A DNA stretch of 64,000 bases from contig JALMLS010000079.1 of the NCBI GenBank assembly GCA_038496445.1, positions 158,758 through 222,757 of the forward strand, read 5' to 3'. Below the pieces are notes generated by a model. The model saw only the letters and a program-made list of their open reading frames with translations. It was not told the origin of the DNA and made no database searches. A program made the position numbers and the translations under genes. Each line of letters begins with the position of its first letter. Position 1 is the first letter of the stretch. Positions 40,965 to 52,691 of this stretch are shown one piece after another. The DNA comes from Trichosphaerium sp. ATCC 40318. Taxonomy: Eukaryota; Protista; Tubulinea.

Positions 40965-41823
40965 ATGGACTTTGATACCACGCTAACGACGCTTCAATTC
41001 TCGCTTTGCGCGTTCGAGGAGATTGTATGGGCAACAAAGAAGATGCCACTGTGGGCAAAACTACTGAACGGGCAGGTAAGGATCTAAAAACGGTTCGGAA
41101 GGCTATTGTATTCATTTCTCTTTTGTATTTAGATAAACGCTCTACCTCATATTCTATTCGGATGGCTAGGTAAAAAGTATAACATCCAAAGCCTTTTGGC
41201 GTTAAATTTGGTATTTTTAAACCTGTTCACGTGCATGCAAACTCATTTTTGGTGGATTCCATATTTTGGCGGTATGAGAATAGAAAATATATTGACATGT
41301 TGAAAAACAAAAAATCGAAAAGCTGAACTCACTTGATTTTATTGGTTTGTTTGTTGACTTTAAGTGTTGATTTGTTTATAGGGCCTATGCCAGCTTTGAT
41401 TAAGAAGAACCTTAAGGAGATTGAGAAGAGAAGAAAGGCAAGAGAGCCTAAAACTTTTAAGGCAGTTTTCATTAAAAAGTCTTTTTTTTTTTTTCGTACT
41501 TTTTTTTTATTGACTTTAAACGTCCTTAGATTCTTCCTTCTTTAAGTCGTAGTACTCTCACACCTGACCTTGAACATACTATACTATTTCCATTAACACT
41601 AGTCACATTGGGAATGACTATTAAGAACTACATTGAATCAACAGCCAATCACGGGATAATAGAAAACAGCATTCTACTGACAATACCTTCTATAATTCTC
41701 ATTAATTCTATGTATAGACAACCTGATGAAAAAGACAGAGCAGCAAATACTAGTTTTAGAACATGTATGTTGCTAAACTCTCTTATCACAGGAGCTATCG
41801 CATTAATCAAATTATCAGCATAA
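40965..41823 (+). CDS. Small multi-pass membrane protein of unknown function
   Basis: Four exons joined by GT-AG introns; motifs HFWWIPYFG and TLEHTILFPLTL; hydrophobic segments. Confidence 0.6.
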
Positions 41824-42474
41824 CAACCTTCATTTCTTTATTTTTGCAACAAAAAAAGTAGTCTCTCTTGTCAATGAAACGATATGTAAGAACACCGTCT
41901 CAATTGTAATTTGTATGACTAATAGTTAATAAAATAATGGCTACAACTTGAATAAGTGATATCAGTCTACATAACCGACAAAAACAACACCAAAAAGCTA
42001 GTACAACATTTGCAATTTTGACTACGGTGACTATCAACATAATAAATGTTGTAATCTTGTTGTACCGTTTGCTAGTGCATTGAAAGGTACACCTGCATCT
42101 GTTTTTTATTTATGTACTTACGCAAAGGGCTTAACACCTTGTTTGTAAGCCGTTACACAGTCCAAGTTAATGGTGCAATCAATGTGAGTGTAGCTGTAAC
42201 AAAATTTATTAGGCACTTATAATTGTTATGGTGACTTGTACTTTTCGCTACCTTCATCATGATTTGTTATTATCTTCTACTATGGCGGTACATGTTAGAG
42301 TGCTTCTATTGCGCATAAACAGAATAGAACTGAGATCCTTCTTTCTTAAATTTACTCATTGGAATTAGTAGAAGAAACAAGCATCAAAAATATGTTAAAC
42401 ACTATAAAATCATATGTCAAATTGACTACCATGTTGTAAATCTCATTTATTTAATTCAAAAAATTTGCGTATTA

Positions 42475-45400
42475 TTAGAGGAGTACAACCAAAGTGTACA
42501 TACAAAGAACATGCAGGAATGTTGTTGAAACTTGTGTTGAAGATGACCGTTGTTGAGTTGGTGATACTGTTGGTTGCATGGGTTCAGGTGTAGGTTCAAG
42601 AGTAGGTTCAGGTGTGGGTTCGGGCGTGGGCTCAGGAGTAGGTTCAGGTGTAGGTGTGGAAGGAGGGATAAAGTCGTTCAAACAGCTGCCCTTGTTCTCT
42701 TCATTTTGAACAAAAAATTCAAGTTCTGTTCCGAAAATATCTGAAAATGTGTTTGCTGTTACCTAAAGGGGAGGCTGTATTAGAAATGATTGAGTATATT
42801 GTCAGACTTACAAAGTATAAGTGGTTATCGCGGTCATACAGCATATCTCCTGGTGTAGGTCCATAATTTTGGAACTTTCTTATAGCTCGATTGACTTCAT
42901 TTGTTGTTGATATGGTGTACTCAATATTAATTCTATTCAATGGAGCATTGGTGTTAATTCCTAGATACAAAATGATCCTGAACTCATCGTTTGAACCATA
43001 CAATGCTGAAACAGATATACCGCGGTAATCGTGTTTATCAAAGAATTCAGAACCAACCATTGTTTCAAGTGCGAATGTCTTTTCTTCTGAGATGCTTCCA
43101 TTCTCACAATTAACTTTTACTTTGGTAGCTGTGAATATAGTTACCAAACCCCAAAGGTGTGGCTCCACCACTAGCATTACGTTTGTGTCCGTGTTGTAAG
43201 CCATTAGCTCTGGGCGCACATTAGGCACATAGCTTCTTACTTCATACTCTGGAAATACCTAAGCGACATTAATAATGTTGTTCTTTGTACGCTAAAGTTG
43301 GTACTTGTTCAAGTGAGTATACTCTCATAGCTAGTTCCCCTGCTTGTTTGTCCCTTCTACCGTGTACAAAACAATCATTTTTAAGCTGTAACACAGCCTC
43401 TAAAGGCCCTGTAACATTCATCTCTTTACGTGTAACCTCTCCATCATTTGTCAACACGACAGTGGCTCTTTCAGTATTTGTAGTCCATAAATCAGCATCT
43501 TTAAAAGGAAGGTTAAAAATTTTATACATAAATAGAACTATGTTGTGCCTGGTATGTAGTGTGTTTGATAAATAGGCTTGGAGCTTGTGAAAACGAGTTG
43601 ACTCAGTGTCTTCACCACCACGGTTTGCTGGGGTATACGATAAGTGTTTCTGTTTATGTATATAATGGTTTACCGTGGCGCCAGCCTCAAAACTCATAAA
43701 CATGAAGTTGTTTCCATCTTGAAAGAAAAGTCTGACTTCATTCTCTCTTCCTTGCAAAATAGTCCTTGGAGACCCGGTGAATTCAAACACATGACTGTAA
43801 CGACCAAATGCGAGATCTGATACTCGTTAGTGGGTTAATTTCATTGGTTTTGTACCTTCATAAGAGATGAAATAGATGCGACCAGGATAAGGAGAGCTGT
43901 CGAGAGTACTACCAATTGCTAAAATAAGAAAGCGAACACCATTCAATGTTCCCAAGCCAGATTTTGTTACTGTAAACGTATAGTTTCGTAAGTTATCAAA
44001 CTGTCTTAGACTTTGTGCCAAGTCACAATAAAGAAACGGGAGAGGTGCTGAGAAAAATATGAGAACTTTTCAGAAAAAAAAACGATAGCCGCACGTATAA
44101 TAGCTGTCTCGGGTGTATTAGCTGGTGTAGTATACTCACAGGTATCTAATACTCTATAATAAACTCTACTAACGTCTTGTGGCCTTGCTGACAACTAGCG
44201 AATGTAAGAACGTAGAAAACGTGACAACAAACGCACGATAATTTTACAACCATATCCAAAGAGAATATTCGCAATGCGAACAGAACCTTCACGGAAATTA
44301 ACTCCACCCCTGACAATATCGCCACTATCTTTTAAGGCTATTATAGGCTGATAATATTGACCTCCGTGAGTAATATAAGCAATAATATTTCCGGCTTCGT
44401 ATTCTGTTGATGTCATATCAATGTTCTCAATTGAGCCGTGTCCTTGTACTCCATTCTCAATGTTGGTAATTTCAATCGGTTCGTTTCTTGTAAGCGAGAT
44501 ACTGCCGGTGCCATAGTCCACTCATAAATTGAATGTAAAATGTACGTGTTTTTGATATGTCAATATTACACACAATCACATGTCTATCACGTGCGAAATT
44601 TCGTATCACTTTGAACGAATGCGTGTTTTTTTGATCCAAATTGTTAATCACAAGCATTGGCTTATCTGCACCTTTTGGAATAACCACAGCCACGAGATTG
44701 CGTTCACCTTTGGTCACACATACTAAGAGGATTATTCTTGTCTCCAAGAGTCAAAGAAATATCTTCAAGGTCGTTTAAGTCTAGAAGAAAAAAGTGAGCG
44801 CAACAGTACTTTGTACAAGTTCACACACCGTATGATACCTCTTTGGTGTCTGATGCGCTCCCTGAAGAAGAAAAGGAACTTAAGATTACTTTTTGAGAAC
44901 TTGCTATGTAAGCATAGTAATACAAATCATCGTCTATTATATTTGTTAGTTGCAATCAAATAAAAGTGAATCAAGGTACCCTTATCATACACGGCACTAA
45001 ATGCTTGAACATCGCTAACAGGGAAGCTTTCCATGATCGCACTTCCATCTGTGATGTAGTACTTGTAATGCGTTAGATAAAATATTAACACTGTGGACTT
45101 ACTCTGGAGGCTGTTTCATTGAAGTGAAGCCATCGTAGAATTAGATCGCTATCTCTGTTCAAGTGCAAAATAGCCATCTCGTCTTTACCAGGAGTTACAG
45201 CAAAAAGTACTCCGTTTATACTATATCCCAAGCTTTGAAAACCACGTGCAACAGCTGAGAGAAACGAATAAGAGAGATTGTTATGAAAAGCAACTATGTC
45301 GAACGTACTTGATAAAACCTCGTTTTGACCTTTCTGCTGCAGGAATGGCTACAATAGTTTTTATCCCTCCAACTTTTCCCTTCAACATGGGCACACGCAT

Positions 45401-45622
45401 TCCAAACCCATAGTTGTACTGTACATACTTTCGTGTTGCATCTTCGCTGCTTAGCCCACCTAGCGGCAAATAAAGTTAGTATACTCCCACAGTTGTTTCA
45501 CGACATAAGCAGAATACTATTGCTGTAACTCGTGATGAAGACGAGATGGCTAAACAAAAATTGACTTGTACCTCCCACAAGTACACAAAGTATTGTTTTG
45601 ACAAATACCGTATGTGTCATCA
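42475..45622 (-). CDS. Large beta-rich surface protein with PTPE stalk and GPI-type C-terminus (start uncertain)
   Basis: Chain of ORFs 42475-45750 separated by short introns; C-terminal (PTPE)n, Ser stretch and hydrophobic tail. Confidence 0.65.
42572..42657 (-). repeat. Coding 12-nt repeat (PTPE) x ~6
   Basis: ggttcaggtgta-type units on the + strand. Confidence 0.85.
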
Positions 45623-45804
45623 CCTAAGTGTTTGTTGGTATAGTGCAGTGAAAACAAACTAATATTAGTTAAGCTAAGGTAACGAACAATAGTTACCCAC
45701 TGTTGCAAATCACAGTTGCCAATAGTGGTGATTTCAGCCCATTTGCGCATTAAATATATTTTTCGTATATCACCTCGGGTAGGAAGCTGTACTTACTATA
45801 AACT

Positions 45805-46090
45805 TAGTGCAATGTCCAAGTACAAAATACTTTCATAACAATATCACGTGCCATCAGAACGTCAGAATCCTCTCAACAAGTCAATGTGCGGTGGACTGCC
45901 AATTTGGGCAAATTTGGTCAAGAAAAATGAAAAAACTACTTTCACTGTTCGCTAATATGGTAGAGTAAAAGGCGGAAGAAGGCTCAGTATAAAGCAGTAA
46001 ATTGACCTAAACGCTTTTCCTGTGAATTTCATATCAATAAACTAGCAGAAGGACAACAGGGAAGAATAGTACACCTGGTTCTACAAGCTT
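45805..46090 (+). pseudogene. Internally deleted remnant of the 3' part (48350-48920) of the downstream surface-protein gene
   Basis: Shares tagtgcaatgtccaag..cagaatcctctcaa..gggcaaatttggt and ggcggaagaaggctcagtataaagca with 48351-48835. Confidence 0.8.
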
Positions 46091-46832
46091 CCTTTCCATA
46101 CAGTTTTAGTGTTCAACAGAGAGTAAGCAAGTTTACATAGAGTACAACTCAACGTTTAAAGGAACAGCATTGTGACACAAATGTCAACCTAGTAACGTTA
46201 GCGTATTTCTGATGTACTAACTGGTACCCATTTTAAGAGTATCATTGAGTCTCAACACTTTCAAAGAAATTGAGGTAGATTTACGAAAGAGGGTCTTTTA
46301 AATTAAGAACTTTGTATATGGTTCTTAATGCTTCAACCAAAAAACAAAGACACTTCCTGTGAAGCAATCTTCCTACTGATCTTATTCTATTAAGAATTCA
46401 TTGTACTACTACATCTGCACTGGATTGAGCTAGTATACTTTCAGGATGTCAACGAACTTAAACTTATGCTAGTGATCTTTTTATGAATTCTTGTAATACG
46501 CACTTGGGATAATTTCAAAACCCAGTTAGTTAAAAGATAGTTCCCTGTTGTTCTGACATTTGTAGTCTAATTTGCTTTAGTTTTCGTTTAAATTTATTTT
46601 CCGTGATATCTTGTTAGTTTTATCTTTTAGTTGATAAGTGTTTACTTAGTTAGGTTGAGGTCACGTTTTCGTAGTCTAATTCCAATGACTTTTCGTTAGA
46701 TCTTATTTTAGGACTATTACTACAAATCAAGCACAGCTTATATTCTATACGCTTTTAGATAGCGTTAGTATTCTTGTGCGAATTTGTATTTGTTCACTTT
46801 TATTTACTTCTTTATTTCTTCGCAAAGTGATA

Positions 46833-48842
46833 ATGGCAACACGTCAAGTTATCGTTCTCGTATTTCTATTTGGCATCATGTGATATTTATGTCTCGCCAA
46901 ACGGGCATAGAAACAACGTACTGAACAGAATCATGTTACAACTGTGCTAATAATATAAATAGAATGGATCAATGGCATCTCCTGTTGGAAGTATTGATCA
47001 GGCTCTTGATAAAACCGACCGATGTTCTCTTGTGTCTTGTACAATATGCGTTACAGGTACACAGCGCTCACTCTACAAAATTGATATCAGTCTTAGGCGG
47101 TACGTACAAAGTTACCAACCCAACAAAGTACACAATCTGGTCTTCAGTGTCGAACGGTCCTTTGATGATTCAATACCTCGATTGGAGTGGTTCTGGTATT
47201 CCGGCTGTAAACGTAGCTTACTTTAAGGTATTATTTTGCGAATTAGGCAATTTTTTTATCACGTGCACAAGCGTTTTGTTACCACTTTTTAGTTTACATA
47301 CAATGACACATCTATAACCATACATGGTTTCAATGATATTGAATTTGATGCGATAAGTTTGGATAACGCAACAAGTTGTACCCTTAACCTTACTATTTCT
47401 AACTGCACAGTTGTTAGTACTGATAGTTGTAAGTTCGTTTGTCGCTTTTATTGTTTCTTCTTTTTTTCTGTTTTTCAGAGTTCCTGTTTTTGCTTTCACG
47501 TATTTCTTACCCACTTTCTAATAGATGTTCGTATTGAAAGATTTACTCATTACACTGTTGCGCTAAATATCATTGACTGCATAATTGAAAAGACACTCTT
47601 AATGTATTCTGAAGTGCCAATTAAGTTAGCTACAATTACCATACAGAAATCAACCTTCTCGAACGCAGATCAAACATTCATAGGTACTATGAGCAAAAGA
47701 CGTATTTTATGAAAGACCGTTGTAAGCTGTACATGTTTTCGGATGAACATCCTTCACTCTGTTAGTAACTTTCCACGAAAAGCAAGAAAGTTTAGATTTT
47801 TCAAATCTCAGTGAAGTTTTTTTCTTTGTCTTGTACTTAGCTTATACCACCCAATAGCAAAATATATTATTGTTAACAATTGCACCTTTGATGCACATAA
47901 CAGTAACCCGTTTATTGATGCCGACTCATCAATACAATTCAGCAATAACAATCTGTTTGGATGCATCGAGGAGAAACAGGGTTGTGTACAACTTGTTGCT
48001 GGAGGTCCTGACATAAATTCTACTAGTATCACAGTAGATTTCAACAGTTTCTATGGTAATCACACATTTGTGTACATACTATTAATGGCATTTCGTTCGA
48101 CAAGTTCGATGTCAATATCAAACAATTACTTCGATTGTTCATCGAAATCGTTGGTATGTTGCTTTGGTTTTTTTTTCTGTCTTTTGCTGAAGGAATGTAT
48201 AATTGTAAACTACTTAGACAAGCTTAAACAATGTCATTGAGTATTCTATATCAACGGAAAATGTGACAATTGAAAACAATACCTTTGCATGTGAATGTAC
48301 GCCCTCAAAAGTAACTAGCTAAGCATCGGAAGCTGAACTTACTCTGACCTTAGTGCAATGTCCAAGCACCAAATACTTTTATAACAATCTCACATGCCAT
48401 CACTGCCCTCCATTCGAACGCCAGAATCCTCTCAATAAGTGTATGTGTGGTGACTGCAAACTAGGGCAAATTTGGTACTTCCAAAAAAAGAAAAAAGCAA
48501 ATTGTTGTACATGCTAAGCTTTCAAAGGACAGCTTCTGGTTGTTTAACTTGTGCTGGAAATAATTATTCAGATGAAATAGATGCAACAACTTGTGAGATA
48601 TGTCCAATGCTAAGCAAAGTTTCAAAGTCAGCGAACTCAGCTGGAAACACTGATTGTAGCTCATACCTTATTTACATAATTCATAGTATTGTGGTTCTTC
48701 TTATTGGTACGTTCGTCAATAAACATACATCTAATATACGTCCACTAACATATTTATAAAAGTTTTTATTATTACACTGTTCGTTGTACAATATGCAGTA
48801 AGGAGAAGGCGGAAGAAGGCTCAGTATAAAGCAATAAATTGA
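46833..48842 (+). CDS. Type I membrane protein: pectin-lyase-like/beta-helix ectodomain, Cys-rich (GCC2-GCC3-like) repeats, TM helix, basic tail (one frameshift near 46870)
   Basis: DIYVSPNG..NGSMASPVGSIDQAL; Asn-ladder segments; CLTCAGNNYSDEIDATTCEICP; TM YLIYIIHSIVVLLI..FIITLFVV; RRRRKKAQYKAIN*. Confidence 0.7.
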
Positions 48843-49457
48843 AATGAAGGTTTCAAAATGAATTTCATGTCAGTAATAAACAATACCTTGTGTAGCGCCC
48901 GGTTCTAGGAACCAAGCTTCGCCAACCCAAATAACGTCTTCGATTTTATAACAGTTAGAGGCAAGCTTAGTTTTTGTGACAACGCAAAGTTTTAGGTAAA
49001 CGTGAAGTCTAACTAGTATCAGGCATATTTCTTCCACAAAAAACACCTTCTTAATGTTGTTGAGCAAAAGAACGATCATAGGCTGCTATGCCTAATCAAA
49101 GTTTATATAGAGCTTTTCCCTAACGGCAGAACTCACCTCTATATCGGACCTTATAATTTTCTTGGCCCAGACCGAGTTCCTAAGTTAATTACGTGCTACT
49201 TACGAGGACATGCTGGCTAATGTAACGATTCAAGCTTTCACACTACGTCGGATTAAGATGGAACTTTGTCAATTCCACCTCGCAATGCATACACCCACTA
49301 AGCTAGACGGAGGACTCCCTTAAATATTTTCGACCAAATGGCTAGGAAGCCCCACGCGTGGTGCACACACTGCAACTACTACAATTTAACAACTATTTTC
49401 ATTTCATTTTATACCCATAAAAACTTGTAAGAAATAAATTGTGGGATACAGAGTGTA

Positions 49458-49788
49458 CTTCACTGAAAATTCTATTGCAATTACTCAAATATGGATAATG
49501 CACATTCCAAAACGCTCCCAAAGGCTTGTGACAGGTATTTACACACGTGGAAACCTTATCAGCGAGTTTTGGTTCGAAAAACGTGCACCTAAACAATAAC
49601 TTCTGTTTTCTGGTTGTTGTCGACGCACTTCACTGAAATAACTGTTGTAATAGACTCAAATACGGATAATGGACCTGTACAATAGCCATAAACCCTTGCA
49701 CTAGCTATTTACACACGTATGTAACCTTAACAACAATGTTTTGGTTTGCAAAACGTGCAACCAAACGAATAACTGCTTTTTGGTAGTT
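49458..49788. repeat. Degenerate tandem duplication, ~170-nt unit x2
   Basis: cttcactgaaa..actcaaata(t/c)ggataatg..tatttacacacgt..aaaacgtgca starts at 49458 and again at 49628. Confidence 0.8.
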
Positions 49789-49936
49789 TTGGTTACTAAT
49801 ACCATGTTTATTTGTATCGACGGTAGTGTACACAAGCTATTACTAACGATATAAATAAAAATGGAATGATGGCATCGCCAGTGGAATTATTAGGCTCTTG
49901 ATAAAACAAACCGATATTCTCACCATTCTTGTACAA

Positions 49937-51120
49937 TTTCATCTTCAGATTTCCTAAAAACAATTTGGCTTTTGAGAAGACAAGAGAAATGCTCAACTAT
50001 TACAACATATCTCCTCTCAACATTACCAGAAAAGTTGATACCACTAATAGCCATACTGTATATAATATTGTTATCGCTGTCAAGCCTAACAATATTGTGT
50101 ATTCCATCATTTCTTGCTTCAAAAGTCTTTTGGATCGATCTTAAAAATTCAACTTCTTGTTTGTAACACACCTGGTGTATCTGTTAATGTGTCTTGATTT
50201 ACGATGGATGAAGGAGATGAGAGGATGTTAATGTTGCAGGATAGTGAATAAAAGGCTTACAATTTGAAGAAATTAAGTTACAAGAGGAACAGCGACGCCG
50301 AAACTGGACAAGTGCTAAATCAAAAAATGAATAAAAAAATAGTTTCTTGCACTATACGCAAAGAAATCATTGTAATATTCTGTTAAACAACTTTATGGGT
50401 TTTAGGGACGTTAGAGGGAGGTTGGCGACTTGACAGACAAAGTCAACAACCTAGAGGCAAGTACACAATATACACGGAAGTTTTTCTTGTTAATAAAACA
50501 AGGTCTCATTCAAGCCAAGACTAGGTTCTACTCCAATCTGTTGTCGTTTGTAATAGCCAATGTACTATAGGGATCTAACACAGCGGATAGGCTATTGCGT
50601 TATTATAGCCTAACTGAAAATAGCTAAACTCACAAACTTGCGAATGAAACAACAAATCTTCAACAATCAGGGTAACAAGTTTATTCGCGGCCTAATCAAT
50701 CCAAACAGTACAGTTTTGACATACTTGCGACATTTTTAGCTACAAGCTTGTTCCATACTGGTTGATCTTGACATCCAATACCTTGAAGACATGAAATATC
50801 GTTCTTGTAGCACGTGCAGTGTTCGGTTCTAGCCAAACAAATAAGCAAAAAAAATAAAACAAACTTTCAAAAAAACGTGAACACATACACTGGACGGAGA
50901 CTAATACAGTCTGTAAAGGCGTCCTGGCATACATCAATGCTTGGTAAATCGCAAGAAAGAGCAACGGTGATAAAAGCAATACCAAAGAGAATAGTAAGAG
51001 TTGCTTGCATTGTTGGGGTGTTGTAGTTTTACGAAGTTTGTTCAATATCCATTCAAAGAAGGCTTTGTAACTTAATGCAAAGACTGCCACTACTACGCAA
51101 GTGTTTTGGTTGTAACTTTG
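49937..51120 (+). repeat. Left arm of a ~1.2-kb inverted duplication (right arm 54610-55957); carries a pseudogenic topoisomerase 3' fragment and a copy of the small Cys-rich gene
   Basis: Reverse-complement identity from tttcatcttcagattt to gtgttttggttgtaactttg. The left arm has stops, frameshifts and an internal deletion at ~50308. Confidence 0.92.
50655..51010 (-). pseudogene. Duplicate of the small secreted Cys-rich gene with a 5-nt deletion near the C-terminus
   Basis: gctatttgcaaaatg (54988 copy) becomes gctaaaaatg here, shifting the frame and removing a Cys. Confidence 0.65.
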
Positions 51121-51692
51121 TATTGAGAAACCTGAGAAAACGCTGCTAGCAGAATATCATGTGTGTATACATAAGAATAAGCTAATGAATGCATTCTTAG
51201 AATTATACATAGTTGACAACAGTGGCCGGATGTTTACAACGTCAAGTTCACTTTTGTTATCAATTACACTTGGAAAAGTAAAAGAAAGTTGTTACGTTCT
51301 TTTCACAACCAACAAACTTTTTTGGGGTCTTGGTTTTTACCTTACCTGCTCTTCGTAGGTTGTAGTCATTAGCGTTTGTAACAATTAAAATAAGTGTAGA
51401 GCTACAATGTTTTTAGGTTGAAGAACTTAGTGAAGGCTTGTGGAATCAAGAATGCTAAAAAAGTGGCTTGACCTTTTTGTACAAAATGAGTAATTCTCGT
51501 CTAGCGCTAAGGTCCTGCCATGTCTCGTTTTCCAAAGATCTAGCAGTGTTTCTCTATTTTACTACTGAGATACATATCTTTAATTTCATAAGGCTACTAT
51601 TGAAAGTGATTGTTTATTAGTTTCCTGTCGAAATAGTTGGTAGGTTAGACTTGGACTGCAGTTTTTTAAAAGTGGAGATGCTACAACTCAAC

Positions 51693-52691
51693 CTATCCAT
51701 AGTGTGATGTTATGTCTGTTCCATATCCTCTAACGGTTTGCATAGCTTCAAAAGACACGTTTCTACAATAGCTAACAATTAAAAATTTTACACCGGTAAG
51801 TGGAAGGAGCCAATCATCTGTTGCATTTGTGCGTGTAATGTCAATAGTATGAGCGTTCGCAAGACTTTTCATACAAGATCCATTGATATGTTTACAACGT
51901 ATGAGAATGATAGTGTGTACGCCCTCTAAAGCCACTACACCTTTGTCTGTAACCGTAGTATCTTGTAAGTTAATGGTATGTACTCCAGCTAGCGCTGCGA
52001 GACCTTCATCTGTAACTGACGTTCTGCTTAAATCAATTTCATGTACTCCAGCCAGTGCTGATATTCCTTGACCGTTATTGAGTTTAGCTCCTCTTAAAGA
52101 AAGCGTATGAACACCAGCCAAGGCTGACAAAGCATCTCCGCTTAACGTGAAGTATTCTAGACCAACTTTTGGTATTCCCTTAAGAGCTTTCACGCCCTCC
52201 CATGTAACGCTTGTAAACATCATGTGAATGGATTTGAGGTGCTTTACTATTTCGAATATGCTTGAATCAGTAACACTTGGACAAGAGTGTAATTTAAGAT
52301 GTTGTACGCCACATACAGAGCTTATTCCTGTATACGTTATTTTCCTATTTTCGTACAGTGTCAATTCTTTAACACCAGAGAGAAGAGCGAGATCTTCATC
52401 TGTAACATCTGGAAATAACTTGAATGATATTTCTGTATTGCGAAGAAGAGGACTTCCTGAGATATACGCACAATCCTCACTCGATAAAATATTGATAACG
52501 CCGTATCCAACGTGATTGCGTATAAGCTCTGATAGTCCCTTGCAGGTTTTGGACACTTGATATTTATCTTGACGGGATTTCGTGCTCAACAAATATTGGA
52601 ACATATATGTGAGTATCTCTGTTGGTATGTCTAGTAGCGAGATACCACTGGTTTGGTCATCGCAATATTCTTGGTTTGAACCAGATTGCAC
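51693..52691 (-). CDS. F-box + short LRR protein; ~1-kb uninterrupted coding exon (true start unresolved)
   Basis: SLLDIPTEILTYMFQYL F-box; repeats LAGVHxIxLxxTxVTDxGxxAL. Confidence 0.85.
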   Translation of the reverse strand: MQSGSNQEYCDDQTSGISLLDIPTEILTYMFQYLLSTKSRQDKYQVSKTCKGLSELIRNHVGYGVINILSSEDCAYISGSPLLRNTEISFKLFPDVTDEDLALLSGVKELTLYENRKITYTGISSVCGVQHLKLHSCPSVTDSSIFEIVKHLKSIHMMFTSVTWEGVKALKGIPKVGLEYFTLSGDALSALAGVHTLSLRGAKLNNGQGISALAGVHEIDLSRTSVTDEGLAALAGVHTINLQDTTVTDKGVVALEGVHTIILIRCKHINGSCMKSLANAHTIDITRTNATDDWLLPLTGVKFLIVSYCRNVSFEAMQTVRGYGTDITSHYG

